Source: a virus
Strand: one strand, 5' to 3'
Virus record (IMG/VR): IMGVR_UViG_3300044614_000912
Span: 1 to 64,000 of that record
DNA: 64,000 bases
Part shown: piece by piece, positions 18,117-27,176 of the stretch
Numbering within the stretch: position 1 is the first letter of the stretch
Layout: each line of letters begins with the position of its first letter
Notes under the pieces: generated by a model
The model's input: only the letters and a program-made list of their open reading frames with translations
Databases searched by the model: none
What the model was told of the DNA's origin: nothing
Translations under genes and position numbers: made by a program

Positions 18117-18200
18117 GGTGGGTTTCCCGAGCGGTCAAAGGGGTCAGACTGTAAATCTGATGCATTTATAGCTTCGCTGGTTCGAATCCAGCACCCACCA
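18117..18200 (+). tRNA. tRNA-Tyr(GTA)
   Basis: Acceptor GGTGGGT/ACCCACC-A, TCAGA-CTGTAAA-TCTGA, long variable arm. Confidence 0.95.
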
Positions 18201-18226
18201 TTGTTTTATGAATCAAAGGAATATCC

Positions 18227-19327
18227 ATGAAAATTGTAAATGATACTAAGTTAGATTTTGATGATGTCTTACTCGTTCCACAGAGATCGCAAGCCGCCTC
18301 AAGGGTCAGTGTGTTGGTCGATAGACAGTTTTCTTTCTATCACTCTAATCGCGTTTGGAATGGCGTTCCAATCATGGCAGCTAATATGGACACAACCGGA
18401 ACGTTTGATATGGCAAAAGCTTTAAACAAGTTTAATATGGTGACTTGTTTGCATAAGCATTATAAGGCAGAGGATTATGCCATGCATCTTGTCGATCCTA
18501 ATAACTACTGGTATAGTATGGGAATTCAGAAAGAAGAAATCTCTAAACTAATAGAGGTTTCTGACCGCTTACAATCTTTCCCAAATCTTTGCATAGATGT
18601 TGCCAATGGTTATACAGATAATTTTGTACATTTCTGTAGGGGTATTAGAGAAATAGTTGGTAAGCACCCAATCATTATGGCTGGTAATGTATGCACACCA
18701 GAAATGGTGCAAGAATTGATTCTTCACGGTGGAGTAGATATTGTTAAGGTTGGAATTGGTCCCGGTTCAGCATGTACAACAAGATTAAAAACTGGCGTTG
18801 GATATCCACAACTTTCTGCAATTGCCGAATGTTCTCATGCCGCACACGGATTAAAAAGTGGAGACAAGCACCTAGGATTGATTTGTGCGGACGGTGGATG
18901 TAGAACACCATCAGATGTTGTAAAGGCATTTGCGGCTAACACAGACTTCGTTATGCTTGGTGGAATGTTGGCTGGCACAGAGCAATGCGAAGGAGAATGG
19001 GAATACGAATATCGAATGAAGAGTGGCGGTTGGCAACCAATCGATCCTCAGTACGATGACGTAGAAAAGCGAAAAACAAAGTTAACATTTTATGGAATGA
19101 GTTCTCACAAGGCTCAAGAAAAATACGGTGGTATTAAAAATTATAGAGCAAGCGAAGGCAGAGTAGTGACTGTGCCTTACAAGGGCGATGCTTCTATAAT
19201 ATTACAGGACATATTAGGTGGCATTAGAAGTGCTTGTGCTTATGTTGGTGCATCTTCTCTTAAAGATTTGCCAAAATGTGCAGAGTTCATAAAAGTAAAT
19301 CGCGTTCATTTTGATAGGAGTGTTTGA
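18227..19327 (+). CDS. guaC: GMP reductase
   Basis: LDFDDVLL, AANMDTTGTF, DVANGY, GIGPGSACTTR..TGVGYPQLSA, FYGMSS, YRASEG. Confidence 0.95.
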   Translation: MKIVNDTKLDFDDVLLVPQRSQAASRVSVLVDRQFSFYHSNRVWNGVPIMAANMDTTGTFDMAKALNKFNMVTCLHKHYKAEDYAMHLVDPNNYWYSMGIQKEEISKLIEVSDRLQSFPNLCIDVANGYTDNFVHFCRGIREIVGKHPIIMAGNVCTPEMVQELILHGGVDIVKVGIGPGSACTTRLKTGVGYPQLSAIAECSHAAHGLKSGDKHLGLICADGGCRTPSDVVKAFAANTDFVMLGGMLAGTEQCEGEWEYEYRMKSGGWQPIDPQYDDVEKRKTKLTFYGMSSHKAQEKYGGIKNYRASEGRVVTVPYKGDASIILQDILGGIRSACAYVGASSLKDLPKCAEFIKVNRVHFDRSV

Positions 19328-20028
19328 TGTTATCAGTTGAAGAAAAAAGAAATTTAGTTAATTCCTATAATGCTTGGTGGCACTCCATAGATTTTGGTGA
19401 TGGTATTATTTCAAATGGAGAAAAGGGTGGAGGACCATCTGTACATATTTCAGAAGTACAGTGGTTTCCAATAGATTTTTTCCAAAACAAACGTGTTCTT
19501 GATGTTGGTGCTTGGGATGGATACTATTCTTTTCACGCTGAACGCATGGGTGCATCAGAGGTCGTTGCTGTAGATAAGTTTGTCTGGACGGGCATGGCCG
19601 AACCCTCTAAAAATGGGTATCATAGATCAAAGAGAGGCTTTGATATTGCGAAAGAAGTATTACAATCAAGCGTAAAAAGTTACGTACTAAATGTTGAAGA
19701 AATGCATCCAGATATTTTGGGTAAATTTGATTCTATTATATACGCTGGAGTGTTCTATCATTTAAAGAATCCATATCAATCATTGGAGATACTAGATTCT
19801 TTATTGAATGAGAATGGTAGAATTATGCTAGAAACCCACATGTGTAATGTTGGTAATCCAATTCCATTAATGCAGTTTCATCCAAAAAACTCACTTAATA
19901 ATGATAAAACAAACTATTGGTCGCCAAATGGACAATGTTTAAAATTTATGTTTGAAGAGATAGGCAATTATACTGTTGAATCTTTAAATGAGGGTGGAAG
20001 AGGAACAATTGTTGTAAGGAAAAATTAA
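19327..20028 (+). CDS. class I SAM-dependent methyltransferase (DUF1698/CmoB-like)
   Basis: WWHSIDFG, VLDVGAWDGYYSF, GVFYHLKNP. Confidence 0.88.
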   Translation: MLSVEEKRNLVNSYNAWWHSIDFGDGIISNGEKGGGPSVHISEVQWFPIDFFQNKRVLDVGAWDGYYSFHAERMGASEVVAVDKFVWTGMAEPSKNGYHRSKRGFDIAKEVLQSSVKSYVLNVEEMHPDILGKFDSIIYAGVFYHLKNPYQSLEILDSLLNENGRIMLETHMCNVGNPIPLMQFHPKNSLNNDKTNYWSPNGQCLKFMFEEIGNYTVESLNEGGRGTIVVRKN

Positions 20029-20183
20029 TGGCTATACCTGCAATCATCATATCAACATTATGCTATGCCTTTACATGCATAAGTTGTTTGCATCAAGGTG
20101 ATAGACCTCACGGAGTAATGTGGGCCGGATACGTTTTTGCAAACTTAGGATTACTATGGTATGAGTTCACTAAAATCAAGTAA
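20028..20183 (+). CDS. small membrane protein (51 aa)
   Basis: Read by eye ...MWAGYVFANLGL; TAATG coupling. Confidence 0.6.
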   Translation: MAIPAIIISTLCYAFTCISCLHQGDRPHGVMWAGYVFANLGLLWYEFTKIK

Positions 20184-20595
20184 GTGGGATTTAAGGTTTC
20201 TTGATTTATCGGAGTTTATTTCTAGTTGGTCAAAAGACCCATCAACTAAAGTTGGTGCTGTTATAACCGATAACAACAATCGGATTATATCAGTTGGATA
20301 TAATGGATTTCCTCAAGATATTGTTGACGATGGTAGGCTTGAAGACAGAGAAACAAAATACAAAATTATTGTTCATGGTGAAATGAATGCTATTCTATTT
20401 GCCAATAGATCACTACATAACTGTACACTTTATACCTATCCATTCATGCCTTGTCCTCGCTGTGCTGGCATGGTTATACAAACCGGTATCAAAAGAGTAG
20501 TATCATACAACCATATGCCAGAAAGGTGGGCAAATGAGTTTGAGGTTAGTCAACAACTATTTGAAGAGTCGGGGATAGAGTTAACTCTATATTAA
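20161..20595 (+). CDS. dCMP deaminase
   Basis: SKDPSTKVGA, GYNGFP, HGEMNA, PCPRC. Confidence 0.95.
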   Translation: MSSLKSSKWDLRFLDLSEFISSWSKDPSTKVGAVITDNNNRIISVGYNGFPQDIVDDGRLEDRETKYKIIVHGEMNAILFANRSLHNCTLYTYPFMPCPRCAGMVIQTGIKRVVSYNHMPERWANEFEVSQQLFEESGIELTLY

Positions 20596-20596
20596 C

Positions 20597-20803
20597 ATGC
20601 ATCAAGACGAAGAAATTAGAAACATGATTGAAGTCATTGATCACTGTATTCTAAATGACAAAAAAGAATTTTTAGCAAGCTTAATAATCAAAATACAGAA
20701 AGAATATAAAGAAATAGCAGAATTATCTACAGATGGGGAATATCAAGTAACTTGGACCCATAATGATTTATTAGACTATTTAACATATCAATACAAGAGA
20801 TAG
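20597..20803 (+). CDS. hypothetical protein
   Basis: ORF track. Confidence 0.6.
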   Translation: MHQDEEIRNMIEVIDHCILNDKKEFLASLIIKIQKEYKEIAELSTDGEYQVTWTHNDLLDYLTYQYKR

Positions 20804-20850
20804 TGTTTTTTTAACCGCTAGTAGATATAACATTGAAACAGGAGATAAAA

Positions 20851-21027
20851 ATGTCAGTTGTAGAAATGGCTAAAGCCCACTTACAAAATGTTCACGCGAA
20901 AATAGAAGAGCTAAAAGCTCAGAAGCAGTTTATAGAGGAAGAAATTCAGAAGCTTTCTTTATACGTCGCCAAGGGTTTAGAGCAAATCGAAAATAGCGAA
21001 AAAGTTAGCACAGAGGAAAGCAAATAG
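20851..21027 (+). CDS. coiled-coil hypothetical protein
   Basis: AGGAG RBS. Confidence 0.65.
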   Translation: MSVVEMAKAHLQNVHAKIEELKAQKQFIEEEIQKLSLYVAKGLEQIENSEKVSTEESK

Positions 21028-21036
21028 GAGACTAGT

Positions 21037-21354
21037 ATGATATACAGTGAATTTTTTAATCGTTTACAAAACCTTTCCAATGCATATCATTGGGACATTG
21101 AAAACAATAAGGTAACTGCGAAGATTCAGAGCGGTTACTTCAAGGGCTTCACATTAAATCCCATTACAGCTTTAGCTCACAAGGCTGGTTTCGGGTTTTT
21201 TAACAATACTAGAGAGGATACGGAGTTTGCCGCAAGACTATTAGGCATCCCTAGATCATTCGCTAGAAACGTTTATAGTGCCACTCTAGGTACTTATAAT
21301 CGTGGTAATACTCAGGTAGTTCGTGGTAAGATTCGTTCAGCACTGGAGGTATGA
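21037..21354 (+). CDS. hypothetical protein
   Basis: AGGAG RBS. Confidence 0.72.
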   Translation: MIYSEFFNRLQNLSNAYHWDIENNKVTAKIQSGYFKGFTLNPITALAHKAGFGFFNNTREDTEFAARLLGIPRSFARNVYSATLGTYNRGNTQVVRGKIRSALEV

Positions 21355-21358
21355 TTGT

Positions 21359-21700
21359 ATGAATATTAATACATGGCTAGGTTGTGGCAGATTAACAAAG
21401 GATGCGGAACTCAGCGTTACCCAAAAGGGTACAACGATGGCAAAGTTTCGTATGGCGGTAAATGACCGTAGAAATGAAGACACCCTGTTTCTAAATGTTC
21501 TCTGCTTCGGTAAGATGGCAGAAGCATTAAAGGGACACCTTACTAGGGGACGATTAGTTGGCGTTCAAGGAAAGATCAAAATCGATGACTATCAGGATAA
21601 GGATGGCAACACGAAGAATTCGATATGCGTTATGGCTGACGAAATTTCTCTTGGTCCATCTAATACTGTAACAGAGACTTCAAAAGAGAAAACTGAATAG
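21359..21700 (+). CDS. ssb: single-stranded DNA-binding protein
   Basis: GRLTKDAEL, FRMAVN, FGKMAE...GRLVGVQGKI. Confidence 0.93.
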   Translation: MNINTWLGCGRLTKDAELSVTQKGTTMAKFRMAVNDRRNEDTLFLNVLCFGKMAEALKGHLTRGRLVGVQGKIKIDDYQDKDGNTKNSICVMADEISLGPSNTVTETSKEKTE

Positions 21701-21725
21701 TGCCAACAATTGATAGTAAGTAGAG

Positions 21726-21761
21726 AATGGCCCGTTTGCAAGGAAGCAGCGGGCCATTTTT
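21726..21761 (+). terminator. rho-independent terminator
   Basis: AATGGCCCG...CGGGCCATT plus T-tract. Confidence 0.85.
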
Positions 21762-21775
21762 ATTTATGTTCGCCC

Positions 21776-21803
21776 TTGACAACTGCCGATACCATTGTAT
21801 AAT
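21776..21803 (+). promoter_or_regulatory. early promoter (GCCGAT class)
   Basis: TTGACA-ACTGCCGATACCATTG-TATAAT. Confidence 0.87.
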
Positions 21804-21833
21804 GATGGTGTACAAACTCTCAAGGAGCAACTC

Positions 21834-22178
21834 ATGAATCCTCAACCCTCACCGATGCTTGGACACTTTTTTGCACTTGCTTTTATAGCATTTATCGTTT
21901 ATCACTTTGTCAAAGCTTACAATGATCCTACTAAGCATATTTCGCCTCAATCTATGGATTTGTTTACGTTTGGATATGTTGAGAACTCGCCTGTCTATAT
22001 CATAGACAAGAGCAAGAAAGACTTCAAATCCTCACAGCTTTTCAAAGATTGTGTTGATGCATTACATGCCTTGGGTATGAAGAAAACTCCTGCTAAAAAC
22101 AAAGCGATTGAGATTTTCAACAATGATCCGCAGCCCCAAAGCGTACAAGAATTTTTGGTTATGGCTCTTAGGAATTAA
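21834..22178 (+). CDS. membrane-anchored protein with a RuvA C-terminal-like helical domain
   Basis: N-terminal TM; DCVDALHALGMKK..A... Confidence 0.6.
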   Translation: MNPQPSPMLGHFFALAFIAFIVYHFVKAYNDPTKHISPQSMDLFTFGYVENSPVYIIDKSKKDFKSSQLFKDCVDALHALGMKKTPAKNKAIEIFNNDPQPQSVQEFLVMALRN

Positions 22179-22179
22179 T

Positions 22180-22587
22180 ATGAATATAATTGATCAATCT
22201 ATGGATATCGCTCTAAGCCTATTACCTCAAGCTAAAGAAGATAGACAAACCAAAAACAAATTCTTTCATTTTGCATTTGCATACAAAAGAAATAAGCTTT
22301 TGGCAATTGGTCAGAATAATCCAGAAAAAACACACACTAAAGCTTTAATGTTGGCTAAAAGATTCAATACTGAACTTGAGTATCCACACTTTCATGCCGA
22401 AACAGATTTAATTTCCAGACTTTGGGGAAAATACTATATAGATAGTAGCCTCAGAATGGTTATAATAAGATTGAATAAGCGTGGAGAACTAAGGTGTAGT
22501 CAGCCGTGCAAAAGATGTCAAACAATTATAGAATCTCTTGGTATTAATAAGATATGGTGGAGCATAGATAATGGATTTAATCAATAA
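22180..22587 (+). CDS. Zn-dependent nucleotide deaminase-fold protein
   Basis: HAETD ... SQPCKRC, IGQN motif. Confidence 0.85.
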   Translation: MNIIDQSMDIALSLLPQAKEDRQTKNKFFHFAFAYKRNKLLAIGQNNPEKTHTKALMLAKRFNTELEYPHFHAETDLISRLWGKYYIDSSLRMVIIRLNKRGELRCSQPCKRCQTIIESLGINKIWWSIDNGFNQ

Positions 22588-23113
22588 TCTTCGCGGCGTC
22601 AAAACCTATCTTGTTGGTGCTATGGATAGGGTACATGACGGTGGAGTAACTTGGAGACAAGAGTTAACACCAATTCTTAAAGACCTTGGTGTACGAGTTA
22701 TTGACCCATGTAAAAAGCCCATTCTGACCGTCAGAGAAGACGAGGAAACCAGATGGTGGATAGACTATTACAAAGAAACCGGACAATACGAAAAGATCAG
22801 AAAACATTTCTCATCTATCAGAAGTGCCGATTTAAGGTGTGTTGATATATCTGATTTTATCATCGCACACATAGACCTAGACGTTCACGCCTGTGGGACT
22901 TACGAAGAAATAGTAACAGCCAATAGGCAGAAAAAACCAGTTTTAGTATGGTGCAAGCAAGGAAAATCAAAAGCACCCAATTGGTTATTTTTTATGCTGC
23001 CACATGAATATATATTCTCTACAATAGAAGAAGTTGTAGACTATCTCAAATACATAGATCAAACAAAAAATATAGATACACTATCAAGATGGTTCTTTTT
23101 TAAGGAATTCTGA
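22571..23113 (+). CDS. nucleoside 2-deoxyribosyltransferase-like protein
   Basis: YLVGAM, WRQ, DP, DLRCVDISD, GTYEE, KPV. Confidence 0.85.
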   Translation: MDLINNLRGVKTYLVGAMDRVHDGGVTWRQELTPILKDLGVRVIDPCKKPILTVREDEETRWWIDYYKETGQYEKIRKHFSSIRSADLRCVDISDFIIAHIDLDVHACGTYEEIVTANRQKKPVLVWCKQGKSKAPNWLFFMLPHEYIFSTIEEVVDYLKYIDQTKNIDTLSRWFFFKEF

Positions 23114-24054
23114 TGAATACAAATTTTCCAGAAAATATATTCGATAGCCGACTTAAAAATCCACACATATATAAATATAAAGTGGATACGGGTTTACAAA
23201 TTGCTAAATCCAAAAAGATCGTTTTTGCCGGTATTTGTAGAAATGTAGAAGATACCATAGCACTAAATATTGAAAGAATGCACAAAACATCCAATATGTT
23301 CAAAGATTTCAGTATTTTTTTATACGAAAACGATTCTGAGGACAACACCGTTAGCATATTAGAATCATATCGTACAAAAACAAAATTAGAATTCTTATCT
23401 GAGAAAAGAGATGACAAAGATTATCGACGGTTGGTAGATGATGGAACAGACCCGTGGCATTTTGGAAGATGCAAGATATTAGCACAGTGTAGGAATAAAT
23501 ATCTTGATCACGTAATTTCACACTATGCAGATTATGATTATTTGTGCATATTAGACTTAGATATTAAGGGGGGCTGGTCATATACTGGTTTTCAGCATGG
23601 AATTTTTACCCTTGAATCTGATCCGAAAAATGCTTGCGTGTCAGCCTATGGAGTTTTAACAGAAGCAAACAATATAAAATTATTAGAAGATTGTGAGCCA
23701 GAAGACTACATTATGTATGATTCTTTAGCGTTCAGACCTTTTGGGAAACCCAGAGGTATTCATATTTTAAATACGCCTATGTTTAATAAAATAACATTTG
23801 ACCGTGGAGATCAACCATTAAAAGTTTCATCAAACTTTGGAGGTATGTCTATCTATCGACTACCACTTTTAAAAAATAAAAAATACGGTGCTAGACAATG
23901 GGAAGAGGGAGAAGTTGACCCGGATCACGTAATACTAAATGAACAATTGATCAATGAAGGATATAATATAATCCTTGATCCAAGTATGATAGTTTCATAT
24001 TCCGATCACAAATTTTCAAGGAACACCAATGATAAACTTATTAACACCTATTAA
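23113..24054 (+). CDS. GT-A glycosyltransferase
   Basis: YENDSEDNT, LAQCRNKYL, DLD (DxD), SNFGGMSIY, DH. Confidence 0.85.
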   Translation: MNTNFPENIFDSRLKNPHIYKYKVDTGLQIAKSKKIVFAGICRNVEDTIALNIERMHKTSNMFKDFSIFLYENDSEDNTVSILESYRTKTKLEFLSEKRDDKDYRRLVDDGTDPWHFGRCKILAQCRNKYLDHVISHYADYDYLCILDLDIKGGWSYTGFQHGIFTLESDPKNACVSAYGVLTEANNIKLLEDCEPEDYIMYDSLAFRPFGKPRGIHILNTPMFNKITFDRGDQPLKVSSNFGGMSIYRLPLLKNKKYGARQWEEGEVDPDHVILNEQLINEGYNIILDPSMIVSYSDHKFSRNTNDKLINTY

Positions 24055-25093
24055 TCAACTTGGTTATGGAGTCACCGGATTAAACATAACCAAAAGTCTT
24101 AGCAAAATTGCACCAGTGTCTTTATGGTGCATAGGGCAACCCCAAGTGACAAGCGAAGAAGATGCGAACATTATTCGTAGCTGTATATCAAGGGGTAGAT
24201 TAACAGATTTTGATGCTCCATGTATTAAAATATGGCATCAAAACGACATGACTCAATTTGTCGGTAGAGGCTTAAGAATTGGATTCCCAATCTTTGAATT
24301 AGATAAGTTTGACAAACTTGAACAACATCATCTTAGTTCTCTAGACAAAGTATTTGTTTGCTCAAATTGGGCAAAGGGAGTGATTTTAGAGAATCTATCT
24401 ATCGATGAAAATAAGATTTGCGTAATACCTCTAGGTGTAGATTTAAGTATTTTTGAGCCAGCAGAGTATGTTGACTCTAAAACTACTAGATTCTATAACT
24501 GCGGAAAATGGGAAATAAGAAAAGGACACGACGCTCTAGTAGAAATATTTAATAAAGCATTTGAAACTAATGATGACGTAGAATTAGTATTGATGTGTGA
24601 TAATCCATTTTATACTGAAAATGAGCAAAAAGAATGGGTAAGACTCTATAAAGAATCAAAACTGGGCAGTAAGATTTCTATTATCCCGCGACAGCCAACC
24701 CAAAAAGAAGTGTATACTATTATGAAACAATGCCATTGCGGCATATTTCCTTCTAGAGCAGAAGGGTGGAACTTAGAATTATTAGAAATGATGGCTTGTG
24801 GCAGGCCAGTTATAACAACAAATTATTCTGCTCATACTGAATTTTGCACAGATGCCAATTCTTATTTAGCACCAATCAGTGAGACAGAAGTTGCTTATGA
24901 TGGCAAATGGTTTCATGGTCAGGGTAATTGGGCCAAAATTGACTATAATACTATAGATTACATGGTCGAGTCAATGAGAAAAGTTTATAGATTGCATCAA
25001 GACAGAGCATTAGAACTAAATACTGTTGGTATTGAAACCTCTAAAAATTTTACATGGGAAAACTCAGCTAGAAAGATAACTAATGCTATTTGA
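24029..25093 (+). CDS. GT-B family 4 glycosyltransferase
   Basis: GKWEIRKG, PSRAEGWNLELLEMMACG. Confidence 0.92.
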   Translation: MINLLTPINQLGYGVTGLNITKSLSKIAPVSLWCIGQPQVTSEEDANIIRSCISRGRLTDFDAPCIKIWHQNDMTQFVGRGLRIGFPIFELDKFDKLEQHHLSSLDKVFVCSNWAKGVILENLSIDENKICVIPLGVDLSIFEPAEYVDSKTTRFYNCGKWEIRKGHDALVEIFNKAFETNDDVELVLMCDNPFYTENEQKEWVRLYKESKLGSKISIIPRQPTQKEVYTIMKQCHCGIFPSRAEGWNLELLEMMACGRPVITTNYSAHTEFCTDANSYLAPISETEVAYDGKWFHGQGNWAKIDYNTIDYMVESMRKVYRLHQDRALELNTVGIETSKNFTWENSARKITNAI

Positions 25094-25445
25094 ATTCTTT
25101 AGAAGAAAAGACAACCCGCCTAAAGAACCGGATGAGCCAGTATCAGCCTCTATATGTTATTATATGAAACCAGACGGTTCTGGACCATACATAAATATAC
25201 AACTGTCCGATTATGACGATGATTCTATCGCTAGTCTTTGTGAATTATTGGATACACTAGCAGAAGAAACTTGCTATATGGAAACTATAGAAATGATCAA
25301 GTCATCATTGATTAAAGATAATCAAGAAGAGTTACTAATCAAAATTTTCACACATATAAGCCGTCAAGTAAGAGAAAAAATACTCAATGGTCATAAGGAA
25401 AGTCTCAAAGACGAGCCTTGTATCAGACCATCCGACATGGTATAA
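25083..25445 (+). CDS. hypothetical protein
   Basis: ORF track. Confidence 0.7.
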   Translation: MLFEFFRRKDNPPKEPDEPVSASICYYMKPDGSGPYINIQLSDYDDDSIASLCELLDTLAEETCYMETIEMIKSSLIKDNQEELLIKIFTHISRQVREKILNGHKESLKDEPCIRPSDMV

Positions 25446-25446
25446 T
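25418..25446 (+). promoter_or_regulatory. sigma70-type promoter for the sigma-factor operon
   Basis: TTGTAT-17nt-TATAAT with extended -10 TG; spacer contains CCGAC. Confidence 0.65.
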
Positions 25447-25464
25447 CACGCTGGAGTCACGATA

Positions 25465-25926
25465 ATGAGTAAAAATATCAAAAAGATTGGCTGGCAGAAG
25501 TACGAAGACTATCTTGAAAAACAGCTTACTTCACCCATGCTTACCAATATTATACAAAACATAGCCATGCAACATTTAGATAAATTAGGAGATATGGGGG
25601 AGGAACTAGAAGAAGAGGACGAAGACGAAGATGAGGATGATTACGATCTTTTCGACAAGAAGAAAAATATTATTAACTCCAGCCCTATGGTGCCGATAAC
25701 ACCACAGTTAATGGATGATGTTGCTATGTTGTCAAGCTTTGATTGCTGGCTTGGTCACACAAATTTTGATCTAACACACGGAATTAAAGATGTATTAAAC
25801 AAAGTTCCGGGTATTGAGGTCTTGAAAATCTGTAGCAGATACAGGTTTTTTGTTGGTATAGGACAAATGTTTGATTTTACAGAAGTTAGAAATGACATTG
25901 AAAAAGCTATTTTAGGAGATAACTAA
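25465..25926 (+). CDS. hypothetical protein with an acidic tract
   Basis: WLGHTNFDLT...PGIEVL..SRYRFFVGIG. Confidence 0.75.
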   Translation: MSKNIKKIGWQKYEDYLEKQLTSPMLTNIIQNIAMQHLDKLGDMGEELEEEDEDEDEDDYDLFDKKKNIINSSPMVPITPQLMDDVAMLSSFDCWLGHTNFDLTHGIKDVLNKVPGIEVLKICSRYRFFVGIGQMFDFTEVRNDIEKAILGDN

Positions 25927-26399
25927 TGAATGATTTGAATACAAAGATTGAAGATGCTCTAAAAGACATAAATATTGTAAAGATAATGAACAAAGCGTCA
26001 CGTAGATTTAGTAATCAGCTAGACAAGGATACTATTAATTCTTGCCAGCTAAATGCTTTATGGAAAACGTTTTTGAATCATGAGCCATCAAAGGGTGCTA
26101 AGTTTACGACGTATCTCTATAATGGAGTTTTTATAGAGTGCATGAAGGAAATTAAGTTTGCTCAAAAAATGAATAGATTTGGTGGCAAATTGCACGACAA
26201 TATACCACAAAATAATGATCAATTTATGCTCGTAGACGTTCTGGATGAACTACATGACGAAACCGAAAAAGAGATGTTTTTAGATAGAATCGCTAACATG
26301 ACCATAGCAGAAATAGCCAAAAAGCATAATATGAATAGGGAAAGTACACGCAGAAAGATGCATAAAATCATGAAAAACATTCAGAAAAAATTCATTTGA
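25926..26399 (+). CDS. phage RNA polymerase sigma factor (sigma70 family, regions 2 and 4)
   Basis: ALWK...PSKGAKFTTYLY (region 2.3) and TIAEIAKKHNMNRESTRR HTH. Confidence 0.85.
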   Translation: MNDLNTKIEDALKDINIVKIMNKASRRFSNQLDKDTINSCQLNALWKTFLNHEPSKGAKFTTYLYNGVFIECMKEIKFAQKMNRFGGKLHDNIPQNNDQFMLVDVLDELHDETEKEMFLDRIANMTIAEIAKKHNMNRESTRRKMHKIMKNIQKKFI

Positions 26400-26401
26400 A
26401 T

Positions 26402-26412
26402 GTGTATAAATA
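26402..26412 (+). promoter_or_regulatory. putative late promoter GTGTATAAATA
   Basis: Intergenic, heads the late block; contains the T4-late-like TATAAATA; GTGTATA recurs at 9076, 9485 and 12460. Confidence 0.55.
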
Positions 26413-26479
26413 AGTAGGAACCGGACTTTAAAAGGATGTGGAATATGACATTTCTAACTAATTTCAATGGAGAAAATCT

Positions 26480-27106
26480 ATGTCAACCACAGCTGCAAAG
26501 TCCGGCGGCGGATCAAAAAAGAATAACGGTGGCACACTAGTAGCCGCTGGCAATGTTTCCGCTAGCGGCCCAATCGCCAACGTTTTAGACCTAGTAGAAG
26601 TTAATGCCGCTAAGAAAAGTTATGGCACAGTCGTTGTACAAGATACAAACGGCGGTGCTTCTAATGCTGACCCTCATGGTGTAACAAAGGCCAAGAGTTC
26701 TGGTACTTTTGCCTATACACCTGCTCCCGGTACAAATTATTTACTCAGAGCCGCTGGCGACAACGCCTCAAAGGTAAATAATTCAACTTCTACATTCTTA
26801 ACTATTCCCGGTGGAGTTACTGGTAAGAGTATCAACAAGACTGTATCAACTTACAGAATTGGTGCTTACGCTGACGCTGAATTCAACGTTTTAGCAGTTC
26901 CAAATGGAGATGTTGTTCCCGGTCGTACAAAGGGTACTAGTGCTGGTTCAGAAGCAAACTTTGTTAAGGCTGATGATGGCTCAACAGCCGCTACAGATGA
27001 TGCTGCTACACCAACAAGAAGCGTTCCCGGTGAATTAACCTATATGTTTGGCGCTAAAAATCCAGTTAGCACATCATATAAGGCCAAGAATAGTTACGAG
27101 TCTTGA
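26480..27106 (+). CDS. putative virion structural protein
   Basis: G/A/S/T-rich, strong RBS, own terminator. Confidence 0.6.
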   Translation: MSTTAAKSGGGSKKNNGGTLVAAGNVSASGPIANVLDLVEVNAAKKSYGTVVVQDTNGGASNADPHGVTKAKSSGTFAYTPAPGTNYLLRAAGDNASKVNNSTSTFLTIPGGVTGKSINKTVSTYRIGAYADAEFNVLAVPNGDVVPGRTKGTSAGSEANFVKADDGSTAATDDAATPTRSVPGELTYMFGAKNPVSTSYKAKNSYES

Positions 27107-27120
27107 TACGGTAATTATTT

Positions 27121-27159
27121 GGAATATGCCCTACAGCATGGGTTGTGGGGCATAATTCC
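27121..27159 (+). terminator. stem-loop / terminator
   Basis: GGAATATGCCCTACAGC...GTTGTGGGGCATAATTCC. Confidence 0.65.
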
Positions 27160-27176
27160 ATTACTTTGGAGGTAAA

